IMG/VR virus record: IMGVR_UViG_3300009702_000016
Coordinates: 64,001 to 128,000 of that record
Strand: one strand, 5' to 3'
Length of the DNA: 64,000 bases
Origin: a virus
Shown: positions 25,016 through 35,783 of the stretch, piece after piece
Position numbering within the stretch: position 1 is the first letter of the stretch
How the letters are laid out: every line of letters starts with the position of its first letter
Program-made: the position numbers and the translations under genes
Notes under the pieces: model-generated
What the model was told of the DNA's origin: nothing
The model's database searches: none
Seen by the model: only the letters and a program-made list of their open reading frames with translations

Positions 25016-25530
25016 AAAATAACCTACAGCTTCTTTCTCACCTAGTGTGGGAGCTTCGTTTCCTCTCAATGACCTCTCAGATCGCTCATTGGCGTGTATT
25101 TGGCCCTACCAGTTACAGCGATCACCTACTTTTCGGTCGTATATATGAGAAGCTCAACGATCTTCTCGATCCTATCGCGGAGCACTTGACATCCGTCGCT
25201 CAGTTTGAGGACGAGCGTTATGTTTGTCCTCTCCAGCAGGCTCGCTATGTTCAGCAGCGAACCCAGGAACTATTTCCAGACCTTGAGGAATCCCTACGTG
25301 CTCCTGATACAATGGCTGCCTTTATTTACGAGCATCTGTTGGTTTTGGCGCAGGGTATGCGTGCTTTATCCTCTGAAATGAGGACTTCTGGGTACCTTAC
25401 GTTTGGTTTGGAAGACCTTCTTGCAGGCACTTCTAGTGAGATAGAGCAGCTTATCTTTTTCCTTGAGAGACGAACGATGCTTCTAAAGAAGGATATGGGG
25501 TCGCCTTCCTCGGAGTTGGAGATTGAGTGA
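25012..25530 (+). CDS. Dps/ferritin-like protein
   Basis: AHWRVFGPTSYSDHLLFGRIYE.....LDPIAE matches the Dps ferroxidase signature HW.V.GP....H..F...Y......D.IAE; C-terminal helix EDLL......EQLIFFL. Confidence 0.82.
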   Translation: MKNNLQLLSHLVWELRFLSMTSQIAHWRVFGPTSYSDHLLFGRIYEKLNDLLDPIAEHLTSVAQFEDERYVCPLQQARYVQQRTQELFPDLEESLRAPDTMAAFIYEHLLVLAQGMRALSSEMRTSGYLTFGLEDLLAGTSSEIEQLIFFLERRTMLLKKDMGSPSSELEIE

Positions 25531-27011
25531 CCCTTCGAATCTCTCACGTCTCCGCCGTTTACGAGAGTCTGTACACCGACCTTCTCGACAGCATACCTGC
25601 AGGTAACCAATGGGCGAAGGGTCCTGTAACCCTTCCCCTAACCCCAGACAAGAAGACTCCTTTCATCATCGAAGGGGACGTTGGGGACCACGTTGATGTC
25701 TTTCTTAACAACACCTTGATATCCACGGTTATCCTCACGTCCCCACGTCAGGAGTTTAGCCTACAGCTTGTTGCAGGAAAGAACTTCGTATCAGTTCGTA
25801 CTACCTCTGAGTCCTATCTGGTCTTGGTTGTGGCTGTTCGATACGCTGTCCCTCTTAGGGGATATGCGGAAGACTTGTTCTTCTCCTCCTGGGTAAAGTT
25901 TCAGGATGCCTATCGTCAACTTAATAGTGATCTGTCCCTCCGTGCTGTAGAGCACCAGATTGAGTTCCAGCGTTTTCTTCCTCCCACCCGTGCTTCCCGG
26001 CTATTAGCTGGAAAGATGGCCGTTAGGTCACTCATCAATGAAGGAGGAACGACCAGGGGCGTAGATGACATCGTCACAGCTGCGTCAAACACTACCCCGG
26101 TAGTTGTTCCCACTGAGCTAGACTTGGGGACTTTTGAGCCTGCTGTTCGGCTTCTCTATGGTACTGCTCAGGATGAGGGAGGGTTTGCTTTTCATATTTG
26201 GGTTCCAAGTCTGTGCCTTGGTACTTGGGCTGCTTTCGTCAAGCTGATGGACAATCTTGACCCTTCCATTGCGGAGCTGTCCTCCGTTAGTGATGAGAAG
26301 GTGTCCCTATCTTTCTTGGGAAGGCAAGAGTCTCACCTGTTTGATGAGGAAAGATCTGGTTGCAGCATTACTTCCTTGCTCACTCTAGATTGCCTTCCAA
26401 TTACTGTCTCTGTTGACATGACTGTGTACGCTACAGACGCTTTCTGCGCCTGGACGTACCCCTTTGACGTGGAGACGGAGTTGGCGTTGGGCAGGACCCG
26501 ACTGGACAGTTTGTCGGGGATCCGGTTCTCTTACTCCGTGGGTTCCTTTTCGGTAGACACCACAGGGTCTGAGACAGGGGTTGTTGGTGCCTCCTACATC
26601 GATCTACCTGTTTCCCGGCTAGTTTTTGCTTCTGTTTCGGATTTAGCTTCTGGGTCCTCGATTCTATCATCTGTTCCTCCTGGATCTTCTCGGGTAGTTC
26701 TTCCGGGTGGGCTTCCTGCCGCCCCTGTACTGATCACAGGAGGAGAGTCTCTCCTGCTTTTAGACTCAGGGGATACGTTAGACTCCTGCGAGGATGCAGA
26801 TCCTCTCTGCGATGGATGGTTTGGTCTTCCTATAGAGGGAAGATTTGATGCAGGTGCTTGCTTAGACAGCATGTCGGCAGAGACCTCCTTGTTTGAGGAC
26901 TTGTCCTGCTGCTTCGGTCGCCCTCGTTCTACCTTGGCTGTTGCCTCCTTGTTGGATATTTCCTTATCCTCTCCAATAACTGCATCAGCATCCTTGAGTG
27001 TCGTTCCCTAG
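25527..27011 (+). CDS. Probable baseplate wedge / tail protein
   Basis: 494 aa after baseplate J; GGTTRGVDDIVTA resembles the GT..G...A motif of gpI-like wedges; GTGA overlap with Dps. Confidence 0.5.
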   Translation: MTLRISHVSAVYESLYTDLLDSIPAGNQWAKGPVTLPLTPDKKTPFIIEGDVGDHVDVFLNNTLISTVILTSPRQEFSLQLVAGKNFVSVRTTSESYLVLVVAVRYAVPLRGYAEDLFFSSWVKFQDAYRQLNSDLSLRAVEHQIEFQRFLPPTRASRLLAGKMAVRSLINEGGTTRGVDDIVTAASNTTPVVVPTELDLGTFEPAVRLLYGTAQDEGGFAFHIWVPSLCLGTWAAFVKLMDNLDPSIAELSSVSDEKVSLSFLGRQESHLFDEERSGCSITSLLTLDCLPITVSVDMTVYATDAFCAWTYPFDVETELALGRTRLDSLSGIRFSYSVGSFSVDTTGSETGVVGASYIDLPVSRLVFASVSDLASGSSILSSVPPGSSRVVLPGGLPAAPVLITGGESLLLLDSGDTLDSCEDADPLCDGWFGLPIEGRFDAGACLDSMSAETSLFEDLSCCFGRPRSTLAVASLLDISLSSPITASASLSVVP

Positions 27012-27021
27012 TTCCGTAAAA

Positions 27022-27039
27022 TAGACACCTGTAAGGACC
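27022..27039 (+). promoter_or_regulatory. Candidate regulatory motif TAGACAC-N1-3-TGTAARGACC (copy 1)
   Basis: TAGACACCTGTAAGGACC in a long intergenic gap; second copy at 45781-45800. Confidence 0.4.
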
Positions 27040-27122
27040 TAGTTACTTAGGCTCTCGGTTATTTATCTCGTGCCTCTAAAATAGTAGTGCACGTTGTCCT
27101 TATCTAAGCTCAGGTGTAGCCA

Positions 27123-27593
27123 ATGCCAACAATCGAAGCACTCGCACTAGTAACAAACCAAGGCAAGGCCCGGATAGCGGATATGCTAGCTACGGGTAAG
27201 AGCTTTGTGGTGGATACTTTTGTGGTTGGATCGAATGGACACGACCCTATCGACCCAAGTTTTGCCCTCACTCCAGATCCCGCGAGGACAGGCTGTTACT
27301 GCGGGCCGCTTGGTGCTCCTGTAGAGGCAATTACGACCGCTGGGGGTTGCTCCTACGCGGGCACAGTGTCCTCAGTGTCTTTTGCTAGCCCTACTTGCCC
27401 CGTGTACCACGTAGAGATACTTCCTGGGGATGCCACGGGGGCAGTCAGTTCTCTTTGCCTATTGGGCCGAATAGTATACCCCTCAGGGGACCCCGAGATT
27501 GGTACAACTTTTCTTTTTGCTGTGGCCAACTTCCCGTTGAAGTTTAAGGCTGCTAGCGACCGCTTTGTTTACGACGTATTTATCCAACTCTGA
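27123..27593 (+). CDS. Tail-collar / fibre-attachment-like protein (paralog of 38954..39517)
   Basis: LVTNQGKARIADMLATGKSFVVDTFVVG...TTFLFAVANFP.K.K...F.Y pattern. Confidence 0.62.
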   Translation: MPTIEALALVTNQGKARIADMLATGKSFVVDTFVVGSNGHDPIDPSFALTPDPARTGCYCGPLGAPVEAITTAGGCSYAGTVSSVSFASPTCPVYHVEILPGDATGAVSSLCLLGRIVYPSGDPEIGTTFLFAVANFPLKFKAASDRFVYDVFIQL

Positions 27594-27610
27594 CTTGACG
27601 TAGGTGCTCT

Positions 27611-30600
27611 GTGGCCATTAAGCCAGTACTACAGTATAGAAACCCGGACAGTACGTCTGATCTCAACTCTTCTCAAGCTAAGATCATTGATCGCGCCATC
27701 TTTGACGGTGGCTCTCTTACTCTTTCGGGAACTTCTCTCCAGGTTACTGTCGATCCCTTCGTTATAGCAGGGTACGATGGGATGGTCGCTGTTTCTGACT
27801 CCTCAGAGACGGTTTCTGTTCCTGCGCTTGGAACTTACTACCTGATTCTACACCTAGAATACAGGACTCTTACTGCCGCCTTAGCTAATCTACAGGTTGT
27901 TCCAGAGACGACGTGGCTCACCAGCGTCAGTAAGAATTTCTTCGTTACGTTTGCTAAGTTCACGATGCCTGGGGCCGTTACTGCAATGACGGACCCCGGG
28001 GTAGTCGTAGACTATTCCATGGGGGACTGGGCAGATAAGCTTGGCAAGACTGGATGGAGGTCTCCTGTGGCTTCCTCTGCTGCTCTTCCGATGGAGGGTA
28101 ACAGGGATGGAGACACCCGTCTTACGTTGGACACCTATACCTCTTACGCTTGGCAATCGGGTCTTGGAGCGTGGACTGTGGTTGGTGGCGCTCTTGGCCT
28201 TGGCGAGGCTGTTGCTCGTGCTCATGAGATGGATGCAGAGGAGCTTCGAGCATTTAACGGGTCGGGGTACGTCGGAAGCCTTAACACAGACTCCTCCGGT
28301 AAGACACATAACGGTACCTATGGTCGTATTCCCTATATCGAGGTAGCGAGTGCGAATCGTATTGACCTAGACGCGATGCACCATGTGGTCAATGGTCATT
28401 TCGTAAAGACTCCTTATACCGCATTGACTCTTTCTGCTCCTCCTGCAGGGGAGAGACACGATCTGATCTACCTCGATGTTTGGCGTGAGACGGTGGCCGT
28501 TCCTTCGGCTGAGACCTACCCAAACGACGCAGCTACGGGAGGTACTTCCTCTTTTTCAACTTTGCGTGACCGTCTAGAGCAGCTTCTTGAGGATTCTCCC
28601 TTCCCTAACTCTGGGTTTTCAAAGATCGAAGCCGTTGACCCAACTACGTTTGTAGTAACTCGATGGGTGATCCGTTCTGTTGCTACAGTTCCTGCTGGGT
28701 CTGTCTCTGATACGACATTGGCTGCTCCGTTCGCTACGAACGTAGATTCCGCCACTTACGGTACGTCCTCTCCTAGCGATGCGAGGGTCTGGACTGCCTC
28801 TTCTGCTACGCCTTTTGACGGCGGCACCCCTGGCACCTCTTGGGCGATTCCTTTGTTGATTGTACGAAGGACCCATCTTGAGACTGGACCCTTCATTACT
28901 GAAACTAGGTCAGATACGAATGACCAGCGATTCATCTTTGACGTTGCTCCCAGGGCAGAGCTTGGTCATGGCCTTACCGAGGTTGTTTCTTCCGTCTCTG
29001 CTTCTCGTAACTCTCTAGCTTCTTACCCTTCTGGATTCATTTCTGGTGCTGATACTCCTCTGTCTGCTCCTGGAGGAGGAGTGATCGGTGTCCCCGAATT
29101 CTCCGTTGTTGTCCACGGTTCAGAGATTAGTGGTGTTGGCGCCTCCGTATCCCTGTCTCTATCCACTATCCCTCCTTTCCCTGTGGCTGGATCCCCAAAC
29201 TTGGACCTCATCGTTATGGAGGTATTTGAGACAGCAAATCCTCCTGCTTTGAGTTTTTTCGCTAGTGCTCCCACGATATCCAGGGTTTCTTCTCTAGGGG
29301 TACATGCAACTCAGTCTTGGGGCAAGTTTATAGCTCATGCGCTAACAACGGTGGATTTGCGCTCTCCTTCTGCTTTTTCTGATGAGGAGCAGGTTATGGT
29401 GGCCGCAGGGTATACGGCTTCAACGACCGACCCAGGTTTGTGGTACAGGTCTTCAATATTGGGAGCCGAAGACCCGAAGTTCGTTTACGCAATCCCTGTA
29501 GCCCTTGTTAACAGGAGAACCTCTGGTGCATGGGACCCAGATAATGCGGTTGGTCGAAATAATGCGGATAGGTCTGCCTTCCCTGGGCTGCCTAACAACC
29601 CCGTTGACCAGCCCTATGACTCAGAGATTCTTGACCTTAGGCATAGAATTTCGAGAACAGAAGATGCTTCTCGTATTTCCTCTGAGAGCTATGATCTACT
29701 CCTGAAGGGGGACTTGCGAACTAAGTTCTCCTCCGATAGAACTACGCTCGGCGGCGCTGCGCTATACGGAACGCAGCTGTTGCAGGTTGATGAGATCGTG
29801 GGTGGGTCAGTTGCCGCAGGGGCAGGCTCATTTCAGATTACACCTGCTCCCGACTATCATAACAGTACGTGGTCCGAAGCAGACGAGGCCCAACTCCTTA
29901 GTTGGACATTTACTAACCCTACTTCTAACCAGACATCATCTTCTGGCATCTTTGCTTGGGCCAACGTAGGAGGAAGTGTTGGGGATCTGACTATAACAGC
30001 CCCTGCGGGGATGCATCTAGACTTCGGACAGGGGACAGGTAACCTTCCTGCGTCTCCTAACGACGCTTTCCTAACGATCTCTATTCCTTCGTCTGGAACG
30101 CTGACAGATCGGGAACTGTATCGGTATAAGATTGTTTCTGGGGGCGTGTCGGAACTTTCCTTCGACGCAGATGGAAACGTAACATCTGTAAAAATATCCA
30201 CAATAGACGTTGATTCAGGATTTTCATTTGGGTCTTTACCAGGTGCTGTTGTAAATTTGCAAGTATGGGCAGTAAAGCCAAGCAGGCTAGCTTCTACTTA
30301 CTCCACTAACTACAGTCTGTTTGCGAAGCCTGATATAGTTCATCGTGCTGAGGTGATCAGCGGTGGCGGCACTCAGAGAGTTAATATCGGTCCCATCCTG
30401 AAGACTGTTAGGGTACCTCTCGCTGGATTGGTTGCCACGGTTACCCAGGCAGACATTAATTCTGCAGCACCTGAGATTGGCTCCCAGCCTTCTATCTCGT
30501 TGTATGGGGCTGCTAGCGTCGCATTAGTGGGTGAACCCCTTCTGGACGGATCCAACGTGACTCGTCTTCGTTACGTTCGGTTAACGGATGGTGGGGGTTC

Positions 30601-32599
30601 TCCAGGGTCAGCAGAGATGGAGCTTGAGTTTACGTCGGTAGGCGCTGCCACTGAAGTCGATGTTCAGGTGATGTGCGACGGCGATATTATCTCTTCTTGG
30701 ATTGAGGTCAATCAGGCAGCAAAGGGAGTTAGTGGCCTGTACTCTTGGCACAACTCTATAGTTACTTCAGCTTCTGCTGCTGCTAACTCGGTTGCTGTTT
30801 CCTTACCTGGGTACATGAGTTCAGTTCCATTTAGTGAGGTTGGAATCTCTCCCTACGGAATCGGGGCTACTGCGGCTCCTGCTAACTTTTTGTCTTCGTC
30901 GTCTTTCCTTCCTGGAGGGTTACACTACCTTTGTGTATACTCGCTTGAGGCCGCATCCTACACCTTGTGGACTTCTCCCTCTGATTTGTCCTCTCTTGTG
31001 CTCGATAATGCTAGCACTTTTGTAGCTAACACTTTCAACACGACGGGGGAGATTCTTGGCCCCTACGCCGCAAGTCAGGGCGTTTACTTTTCTGCTGGTA
31101 ACTCAGGAAACTCTGTCCTTTTGGTTGGAGTCGTTCGTACTCCTTTGACTCCTTCTCAGAACTTGAAGGTGTTCTACACCTACACCCCCTATCAGGGTTT
31201 GTCGGTGGAGACCTCTGCCGCCGATATGACCTCCTATCTTCATGGAACAGTAGAGGAAGTGGGGCCAAGTTTAGTCACAACGAATGGTCCAAACACGCCT
31301 AAAATACATCCGAGAGAGATTAGTGCTCTAGGGTTTTCTTCGGTTCCCTACGTACGTGAAACTTACATTCCTTCCCTCCTTGGATCTTTGCCTGACATTG
31401 GTTTTCCTGGTTCCTCTGGGATTGTGTTTGAGCCTACTAGAGCTTTAACTTCTACTGGGCTTGTCCGGCCTGACTTCGAGGACATTCGTTATCGCTCGAC
31501 TGACCGTCTTTCTTCCTCTTCCATATCTCATCTTCCTTCCTTTAGCTCAGATTTCTCCTCTGCTTCCTATCCTGGGGAGCTTGCCCTCAGGAATACATAC
31601 ATTGACGTTGACGTAGGTTCTCAGCCTAGTTTTAGGCCGATCCCTTTGTCTGCCGCCTTTCCTGACCCGGGGTGGGACTTTAGTGCCTCACTACTCTGGC
31701 AGTCTTCAGCTGTTGCTGGCTCCTATACTCTATCCTTTCCTCTGCCTTTCCCTCATCTTCCTGGTTTCCTTACTAACCTCTGGGTAGAGGCATCCTCTGC
31801 CTCCTTAGACACAATTACTGTGGAGGTGTATAAGAAGGCCCTGGAAGCAAGTTCTTCTCTTGAGTTTAGCGTCAACGTTACCCTGTCTCCCTTTGCCTCC
31901 ACCGTCTACAATATACCAGTTGATAATCTCCAACTTGATGAAGGGGCGGAATATTTTGTTTCTATAACTACCACGGTTACTGCCTCCCCCACGTTTTTTT
32001 CGTCTTTGGCGCTACGAGTATCCCCTCCAGTAACCTCACTATTAGATGTGGAGGGAGCCGAAGGTACAGGGATCATTCATCACCTTGGCGCGTCTCCTTC
32101 ACCCCTTCGTCCAGGTATGGTGATAAGTTCCCCGTTCTCCTCTGGGGACACTTCTTTGCTACTGTCTGCGTATACACAGGAGGGACGCTCCGACTACTCC
32201 AACTCTGTGTTCAGAGGCCGACAGTTTAGGTCTAAGGCTACAGTGAGTGACACGCCTCTGTTTGAGTCTCAGTCCTTCCTCCCTGGTTCCTCCCGCTCGG
32301 GCCGAAATGCAGTGCTTTACAACGGGGACAACGTGGGTTCGTACCTTGGATCCGCGATGCCTCCTTTGGTGTCTGTATCCTCTCCGGTGTTTGGTAACTA
32401 TTCTTCTACCCGGAATAAGTATCGTGGAGCAATCGCTGTGTTAGACTCGTGGATTATTCGTACAGCGGATGAGAGGGCTATTTTGGGGGCATCATCTGGG
32501 ATCGTGTCTTTCTCTGAACGGCACGGTGTCGCCAGGTCTGGAAACACTGTGGATGCTTTTTATCCTGTTGGACGTCCTTTGTTCCGTAAAAAGAAGTAA
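27611..32599 (+). CDS. Large tail/baseplate structural protein (fibre or receptor-binding candidate)
   Basis: 1662 aa, beta-rich and S/T/G-rich; RHDLIYLDVWRE, YAIPVALVNRR, EILDLRH and YTYTPYQG motifs typical of large-phage tail proteins. Confidence 0.68.
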   Translation: MAIKPVLQYRNPDSTSDLNSSQAKIIDRAIFDGGSLTLSGTSLQVTVDPFVIAGYDGMVAVSDSSETVSVPALGTYYLILHLEYRTLTAALANLQVVPETTWLTSVSKNFFVTFAKFTMPGAVTAMTDPGVVVDYSMGDWADKLGKTGWRSPVASSAALPMEGNRDGDTRLTLDTYTSYAWQSGLGAWTVVGGALGLGEAVARAHEMDAEELRAFNGSGYVGSLNTDSSGKTHNGTYGRIPYIEVASANRIDLDAMHHVVNGHFVKTPYTALTLSAPPAGERHDLIYLDVWRETVAVPSAETYPNDAATGGTSSFSTLRDRLEQLLEDSPFPNSGFSKIEAVDPTTFVVTRWVIRSVATVPAGSVSDTTLAAPFATNVDSATYGTSSPSDARVWTASSATPFDGGTPGTSWAIPLLIVRRTHLETGPFITETRSDTNDQRFIFDVAPRAELGHGLTEVVSSVSASRNSLASYPSGFISGADTPLSAPGGGVIGVPEFSVVVHGSEISGVGASVSLSLSTIPPFPVAGSPNLDLIVMEVFETANPPALSFFASAPTISRVSSLGVHATQSWGKFIAHALTTVDLRSPSAFSDEEQVMVAAGYTASTTDPGLWYRSSILGAEDPKFVYAIPVALVNRRTSGAWDPDNAVGRNNADRSAFPGLPNNPVDQPYDSEILDLRHRISRTEDASRISSESYDLLLKGDLRTKFSSDRTTLGGAALYGTQLLQVDEIVGGSVAAGAGSFQITPAPDYHNSTWSEADEAQLLSWTFTNPTSNQTSSSGIFAWANVGGSVGDLTITAPAGMHLDFGQGTGNLPASPNDAFLTISIPSSGTLTDRELYRYKIVSGGVSELSFDADGNVTSVKISTIDVDSGFSFGSLPGAVVNLQVWAVKPSRLASTYSTNYSLFAKPDIVHRAEVISGGGTQRVNIGPILKTVRVPLAGLVATVTQADINSAAPEIGSQPSISLYGAASVALVGEPLLDGSNVTRLRYVRLTDGGGSPGSAEMELEFTSVGAATEVDVQVMCDGDIISSWIEVNQAAKGVSGLYSWHNSIVTSASAAANSVAVSLPGYMSSVPFSEVGISPYGIGATAAPANFLSSSSFLPGGLHYLCVYSLEAASYTLWTSPSDLSSLVLDNASTFVANTFNTTGEILGPYAASQGVYFSAGNSGNSVLLVGVVRTPLTPSQNLKVFYTYTPYQGLSVETSAADMTSYLHGTVEEVGPSLVTTNGPNTPKIHPREISALGFSSVPYVRETYIPSLLGSLPDIGFPGSSGIVFEPTRALTSTGLVRPDFEDIRYRSTDRLSSSSISHLPSFSSDFSSASYPGELALRNTYIDVDVGSQPSFRPIPLSAAFPDPGWDFSASLLWQSSAVAGSYTLSFPLPFPHLPGFLTNLWVEASSASLDTITVEVYKKALEASSSLEFSVNVTLSPFASTVYNIPVDNLQLDEGAEYFVSITTTVTASPTFFSSLALRVSPPVTSLLDVEGAEGTGIIHHLGASPSPLRPGMVISSPFSSGDTSLLLSAYTQEGRSDYSNSVFRGRQFRSKATVSDTPLFESQSFLPGSSRSGRNAVLYNGDNVGSYLGSAMPPLVSVSSPVFGNYSSTRNKYRGAIAVLDSWIIRTADERAILGASSGIVSFSERHGVARSGNTVDAFYPVGRPLFRKKK

Positions 32600-32602
32600 C
32601 CT

Positions 32603-33652
32603 ATGCCTACAAAGATCATCAAAAACCTTAGTGTTTCGGCTCCTAGCGCTTTCTTCCTTCTCCATGAGGTTTTGACTCACTCCCTGGGCTGGACCGATGT
32701 GGACACGAATCCTCCCCTAGCCCTCGTTAGCTCTGGGGTAGATGGGGAAGCGTTAACCTCGCAGCCAGATCGGTTCCGAAGTGGCTCGAACCCATTCACT
32801 GTTGCAGACGTTGGCCGCTGGTTGGTCCTGTCGGACTCCGAGTTCGTTAACAACGGAGTGTACAAGATTGCTGGTGTTCCTTCTGCGGGTGAACTGATTC
32901 TTAGTAGTGGGCTATACGGGGCGTCTTTTGTGGATGCGACAAACATTGGCTTCAGAGTGGTAGACCCCACTTCCCCAATGGTTGGGGACTATTTTGTTGT
33001 GGAGGGGCTGTCCGGGTCATCCACTCTTTGGCAGGCTCGTTTTGTCCTGAGTGCTGTCGATACGATAAGTATTGAAGTCAGTCCAAATGCTGGCTGGGTT
33101 GCCGGGGCGTGGTCAGTGACTGTTCCTCCCACTGTGACGATTGCTGAGTCTGTTGGAAATCCGTCCTGGTACTTCTTGATCGACGACACGCATATTAGGA
33201 TGTGGACTCAGAATGCACTAGGAACAGGAGTAAATGAGATGGCCTATGTGGGTTCAGCTGAGTCCCGTAGACCCACTTCAGACCAACAATTTGTTGTCTC
33301 ACTGGCAGGAACTACGACTTTGGACCCAACCGGAGCGCTAGCTACCATAGGTTCTCTAGACGACTCCGGGACTACCTCTGTTCCTTACTCTGCGATCACT
33401 TACGGGATGGCAGCTGTGCAGAATGCCTTTGTTGCTCTTCCTGCGAGTGCCTATGACCTTCGGAATGACTCTGCTAAAATTCCTGTAGGGACTGACGCTG
33501 CCGGGTTTGTGGAAGACGACCGGGGATATCTTCGGGGCTTGCACTACATTTCTGACCTTATCCCCTATCGTTCATTTGTAGACAATGGAAGGAGCCTCCT
33601 AAGCATTGGAGATGGCCTGGCTGTCGAATGGGACGGAAGTCTTTCGAGGTAA
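32603..33652 (+). CDS. Virion structural protein (paralog of 37457..38575)
   Basis: NPFTVADVGRWLVL....NNGVYKI...SAGELIL...WQARF...GGLAVEWDG-type ending aligns with the paralog. Confidence 0.62.
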   Translation: MPTKIIKNLSVSAPSAFFLLHEVLTHSLGWTDVDTNPPLALVSSGVDGEALTSQPDRFRSGSNPFTVADVGRWLVLSDSEFVNNGVYKIAGVPSAGELILSSGLYGASFVDATNIGFRVVDPTSPMVGDYFVVEGLSGSSTLWQARFVLSAVDTISIEVSPNAGWVAGAWSVTVPPTVTIAESVGNPSWYFLIDDTHIRMWTQNALGTGVNEMAYVGSAESRRPTSDQQFVVSLAGTTTLDPTGALATIGSLDDSGTTSVPYSAITYGMAAVQNAFVALPASAYDLRNDSAKIPVGTDAAGFVEDDRGYLRGLHYISDLIPYRSFVDNGRSLLSIGDGLAVEWDGSLSR

Positions 33653-33656
33653 ATCA

Positions 33657-35783
33657 ATGTCTTTGGTGCATCGTTACAGAAGAATAGCTTATCAGGCACT
33701 CCCTATTTCGGTCGCTACCGACTTGCGCAGGGTCCGTCTCGGTGAGCACGCCGAGGATAACATCAAGCTGAAAGCAATTGATAACGACGTCAAAAACATA
33801 CTTTTGGATGAGGGGTACTCTGAGGATGACATCGATGATATGTCACCGGAGGAAGCAAAATCAATAATTGACACTATCCTCCAAAAGACTCCTTCTGTTC
33901 CTGCCGATGTTAAGAAGGAAATAAAGTCCATCGACAAGCTTGTTGATGCCGAGAATGCTGAGGTAAGTTCGGAACTTTCTTCCCTGGCTGCAGAAAAGGA
34001 AGAGGTCTCCAAGGAGATCTCAGACCTGTACGAGCAGATAGACAAGTTAGGGGATATCACCGAGGAGGAGGAGGACGCGCTCAGCAGCAAGGAGAGAAAG
34101 GAGCGGGATAACCTCCATGCTGCCCTAAGCGCTGGAGCCCAGGAGCTTGCTCGTCTCAAATCTTCTATTGTGTCAAGGATGAAGGCCCTAAATGGGGCTA
34201 AGACGATGCTAAGCCCCGCTGATGACAGCCTTACGCTATCTCTTATCGTCCCAGACGAAGATGAAGACGAAGATGATACCGATGAGGAGTTGTACTCTGA
34301 CCTTACCCCGAAGTTAAGGGATGTTCTGTCTGATAAAGCGGCGCTTCTTCATTCCCTCTCTAAGTGGCGTAGAGAGCTGAACGCTGTTTCCGAGAAGATT
34401 AATCGCGTTCAGTCCAAGAGAGACGGTATTCGTCGTCGCCTGTTGAAGTCCCTCAAGTCCCCTGTGCCTACAAAGGCTACTCGTTTGCTTCGCTCCGAGC
34501 TTCGAAAGCAAGATGACGCGATGTCTTCTTTGCTTGAGGCGCAGGCTACTCTCCTAACCATGCTAACTCGACTGGAGAGGGATTTCCGAGACCTGAAGAT
34601 TCAGGAGAAGGTCATTGCGGATGACTGGGAGGAGCGGGGTCCTGAACTTTATACGCAAGAAGAAAAAGCAGAGCAAGAAGAGCAAAAGAGGAGGGAGAAG
34701 AGGCAAGAAGGAGAAGAGTTGGTGCAGAGGATCAAGAATGTTAAAGAGGACATTCCTTCTGCTAATGTGGCCTTTTTTGATCGTGTGACGAAAGATTACT
34801 ATGAGCCTTTCGTTCACGATGCAATTGCTCCTAACGTTCCTTCTGTTCCAAAGATTGATAGAACGATTGAGAAGATCTTAAACTCTGTTTTCAAGCCTAT
34901 CGGTAAGATGAACGAGTTGGCAGATATGTTCAATAACAATCGCGCCCATCGGTCTTCCATTCGTTTGGTTACAGGTCTCTACTCCATGCTTGTGCGGTCC
35001 CTCCTTGTAGGAATCGGAAAGGAGAACCCCGCAGTTGTAGCTTCTTATGCTGAGGCCGCTTCCGTTTGTGTGGAACTTGAACGGGCGGGACTGATGAAGG
35101 AGGCGGCTTCTCTTCGTGATAGCTTAGGATTCTTGCAGGGTAAGGCAAAGTCAGCATTGGAAGCTGTTCAGAACACTGTGGATAAGACCAAGGATTTTAT
35201 TGATAAGGTTCAGTTTGCTAAGTCAGACACAGGACCACGTCGAGACCCTAATGTCCAGAAGCAGGAGTCGATGAGATTTTATCGACAGCTAAAGGCTACA
35301 GCTGCGAAAGTCCGCTCAAGGATTGCGGAGGCAGAAGCTCTTGTGTCAGCCTACCAAGAGGCAGGAGATGAGCACAACAAGAAGGTTGCTATCTACGCTC
35401 TTACGCAACTTAAGGATCAGTTAATGCAGTTGGAGGAACAGGTTCATGATCTTTCGTCCGAGAAGGCAGACGCCGCACAGAAGGCATATGAGAATGCGGA
35501 GCGCACGCCTAGTATTGTGGACGATGCGATGTCTGTCATGTTGAACGATAAGCCCGACCTAATCTATTTGCTAAAGAAAGGAATTCCAGATTCCCCAAAT
35601 CTTGAGCGAGAGCTTCTCCGGTCGTCGAAGAACATTTTGTCTATCGTACGAAAGCTTGCCAGAATTTCAGGTAAGCCGAAGATTCTGGCTGAGTATCCCT
35701 TTCTTCACCCTGCCATTATTGCTTACATAGCTATGTTCGAGTCCCTTGACGACTCTCTGCACGTTGCTCTTCGGACGAACTAG
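33657..35783 (+). CDS. Large charged coiled-coil protein, possible internal head protein
   Basis: ATG at 33657 after GAGGT; heptad-rich and E/K/D-rich; carries LERAGLMKEAASL. Confidence 0.6.
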   Translation: MSLVHRYRRIAYQALPISVATDLRRVRLGEHAEDNIKLKAIDNDVKNILLDEGYSEDDIDDMSPEEAKSIIDTILQKTPSVPADVKKEIKSIDKLVDAENAEVSSELSSLAAEKEEVSKEISDLYEQIDKLGDITEEEEDALSSKERKERDNLHAALSAGAQELARLKSSIVSRMKALNGAKTMLSPADDSLTLSLIVPDEDEDEDDTDEELYSDLTPKLRDVLSDKAALLHSLSKWRRELNAVSEKINRVQSKRDGIRRRLLKSLKSPVPTKATRLLRSELRKQDDAMSSLLEAQATLLTMLTRLERDFRDLKIQEKVIADDWEERGPELYTQEEKAEQEEQKRREKRQEGEELVQRIKNVKEDIPSANVAFFDRVTKDYYEPFVHDAIAPNVPSVPKIDRTIEKILNSVFKPIGKMNELADMFNNNRAHRSSIRLVTGLYSMLVRSLLVGIGKENPAVVASYAEAASVCVELERAGLMKEAASLRDSLGFLQGKAKSALEAVQNTVDKTKDFIDKVQFAKSDTGPRRDPNVQKQESMRFYRQLKATAAKVRSRIAEAEALVSAYQEAGDEHNKKVAIYALTQLKDQLMQLEEQVHDLSSEKADAAQKAYENAERTPSIVDDAMSVMLNDKPDLIYLLKKGIPDSPNLERELLRSSKNILSIVRKLARISGKPKILAEYPFLHPAIIAYIAMFESLDDSLHVALRTN

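Noticed and set aside
33657-35783. SbcC/SMC or tape-measure protein
   Set aside because: No Walker A or ABC signature; its charge and size do not suit a tape measure.
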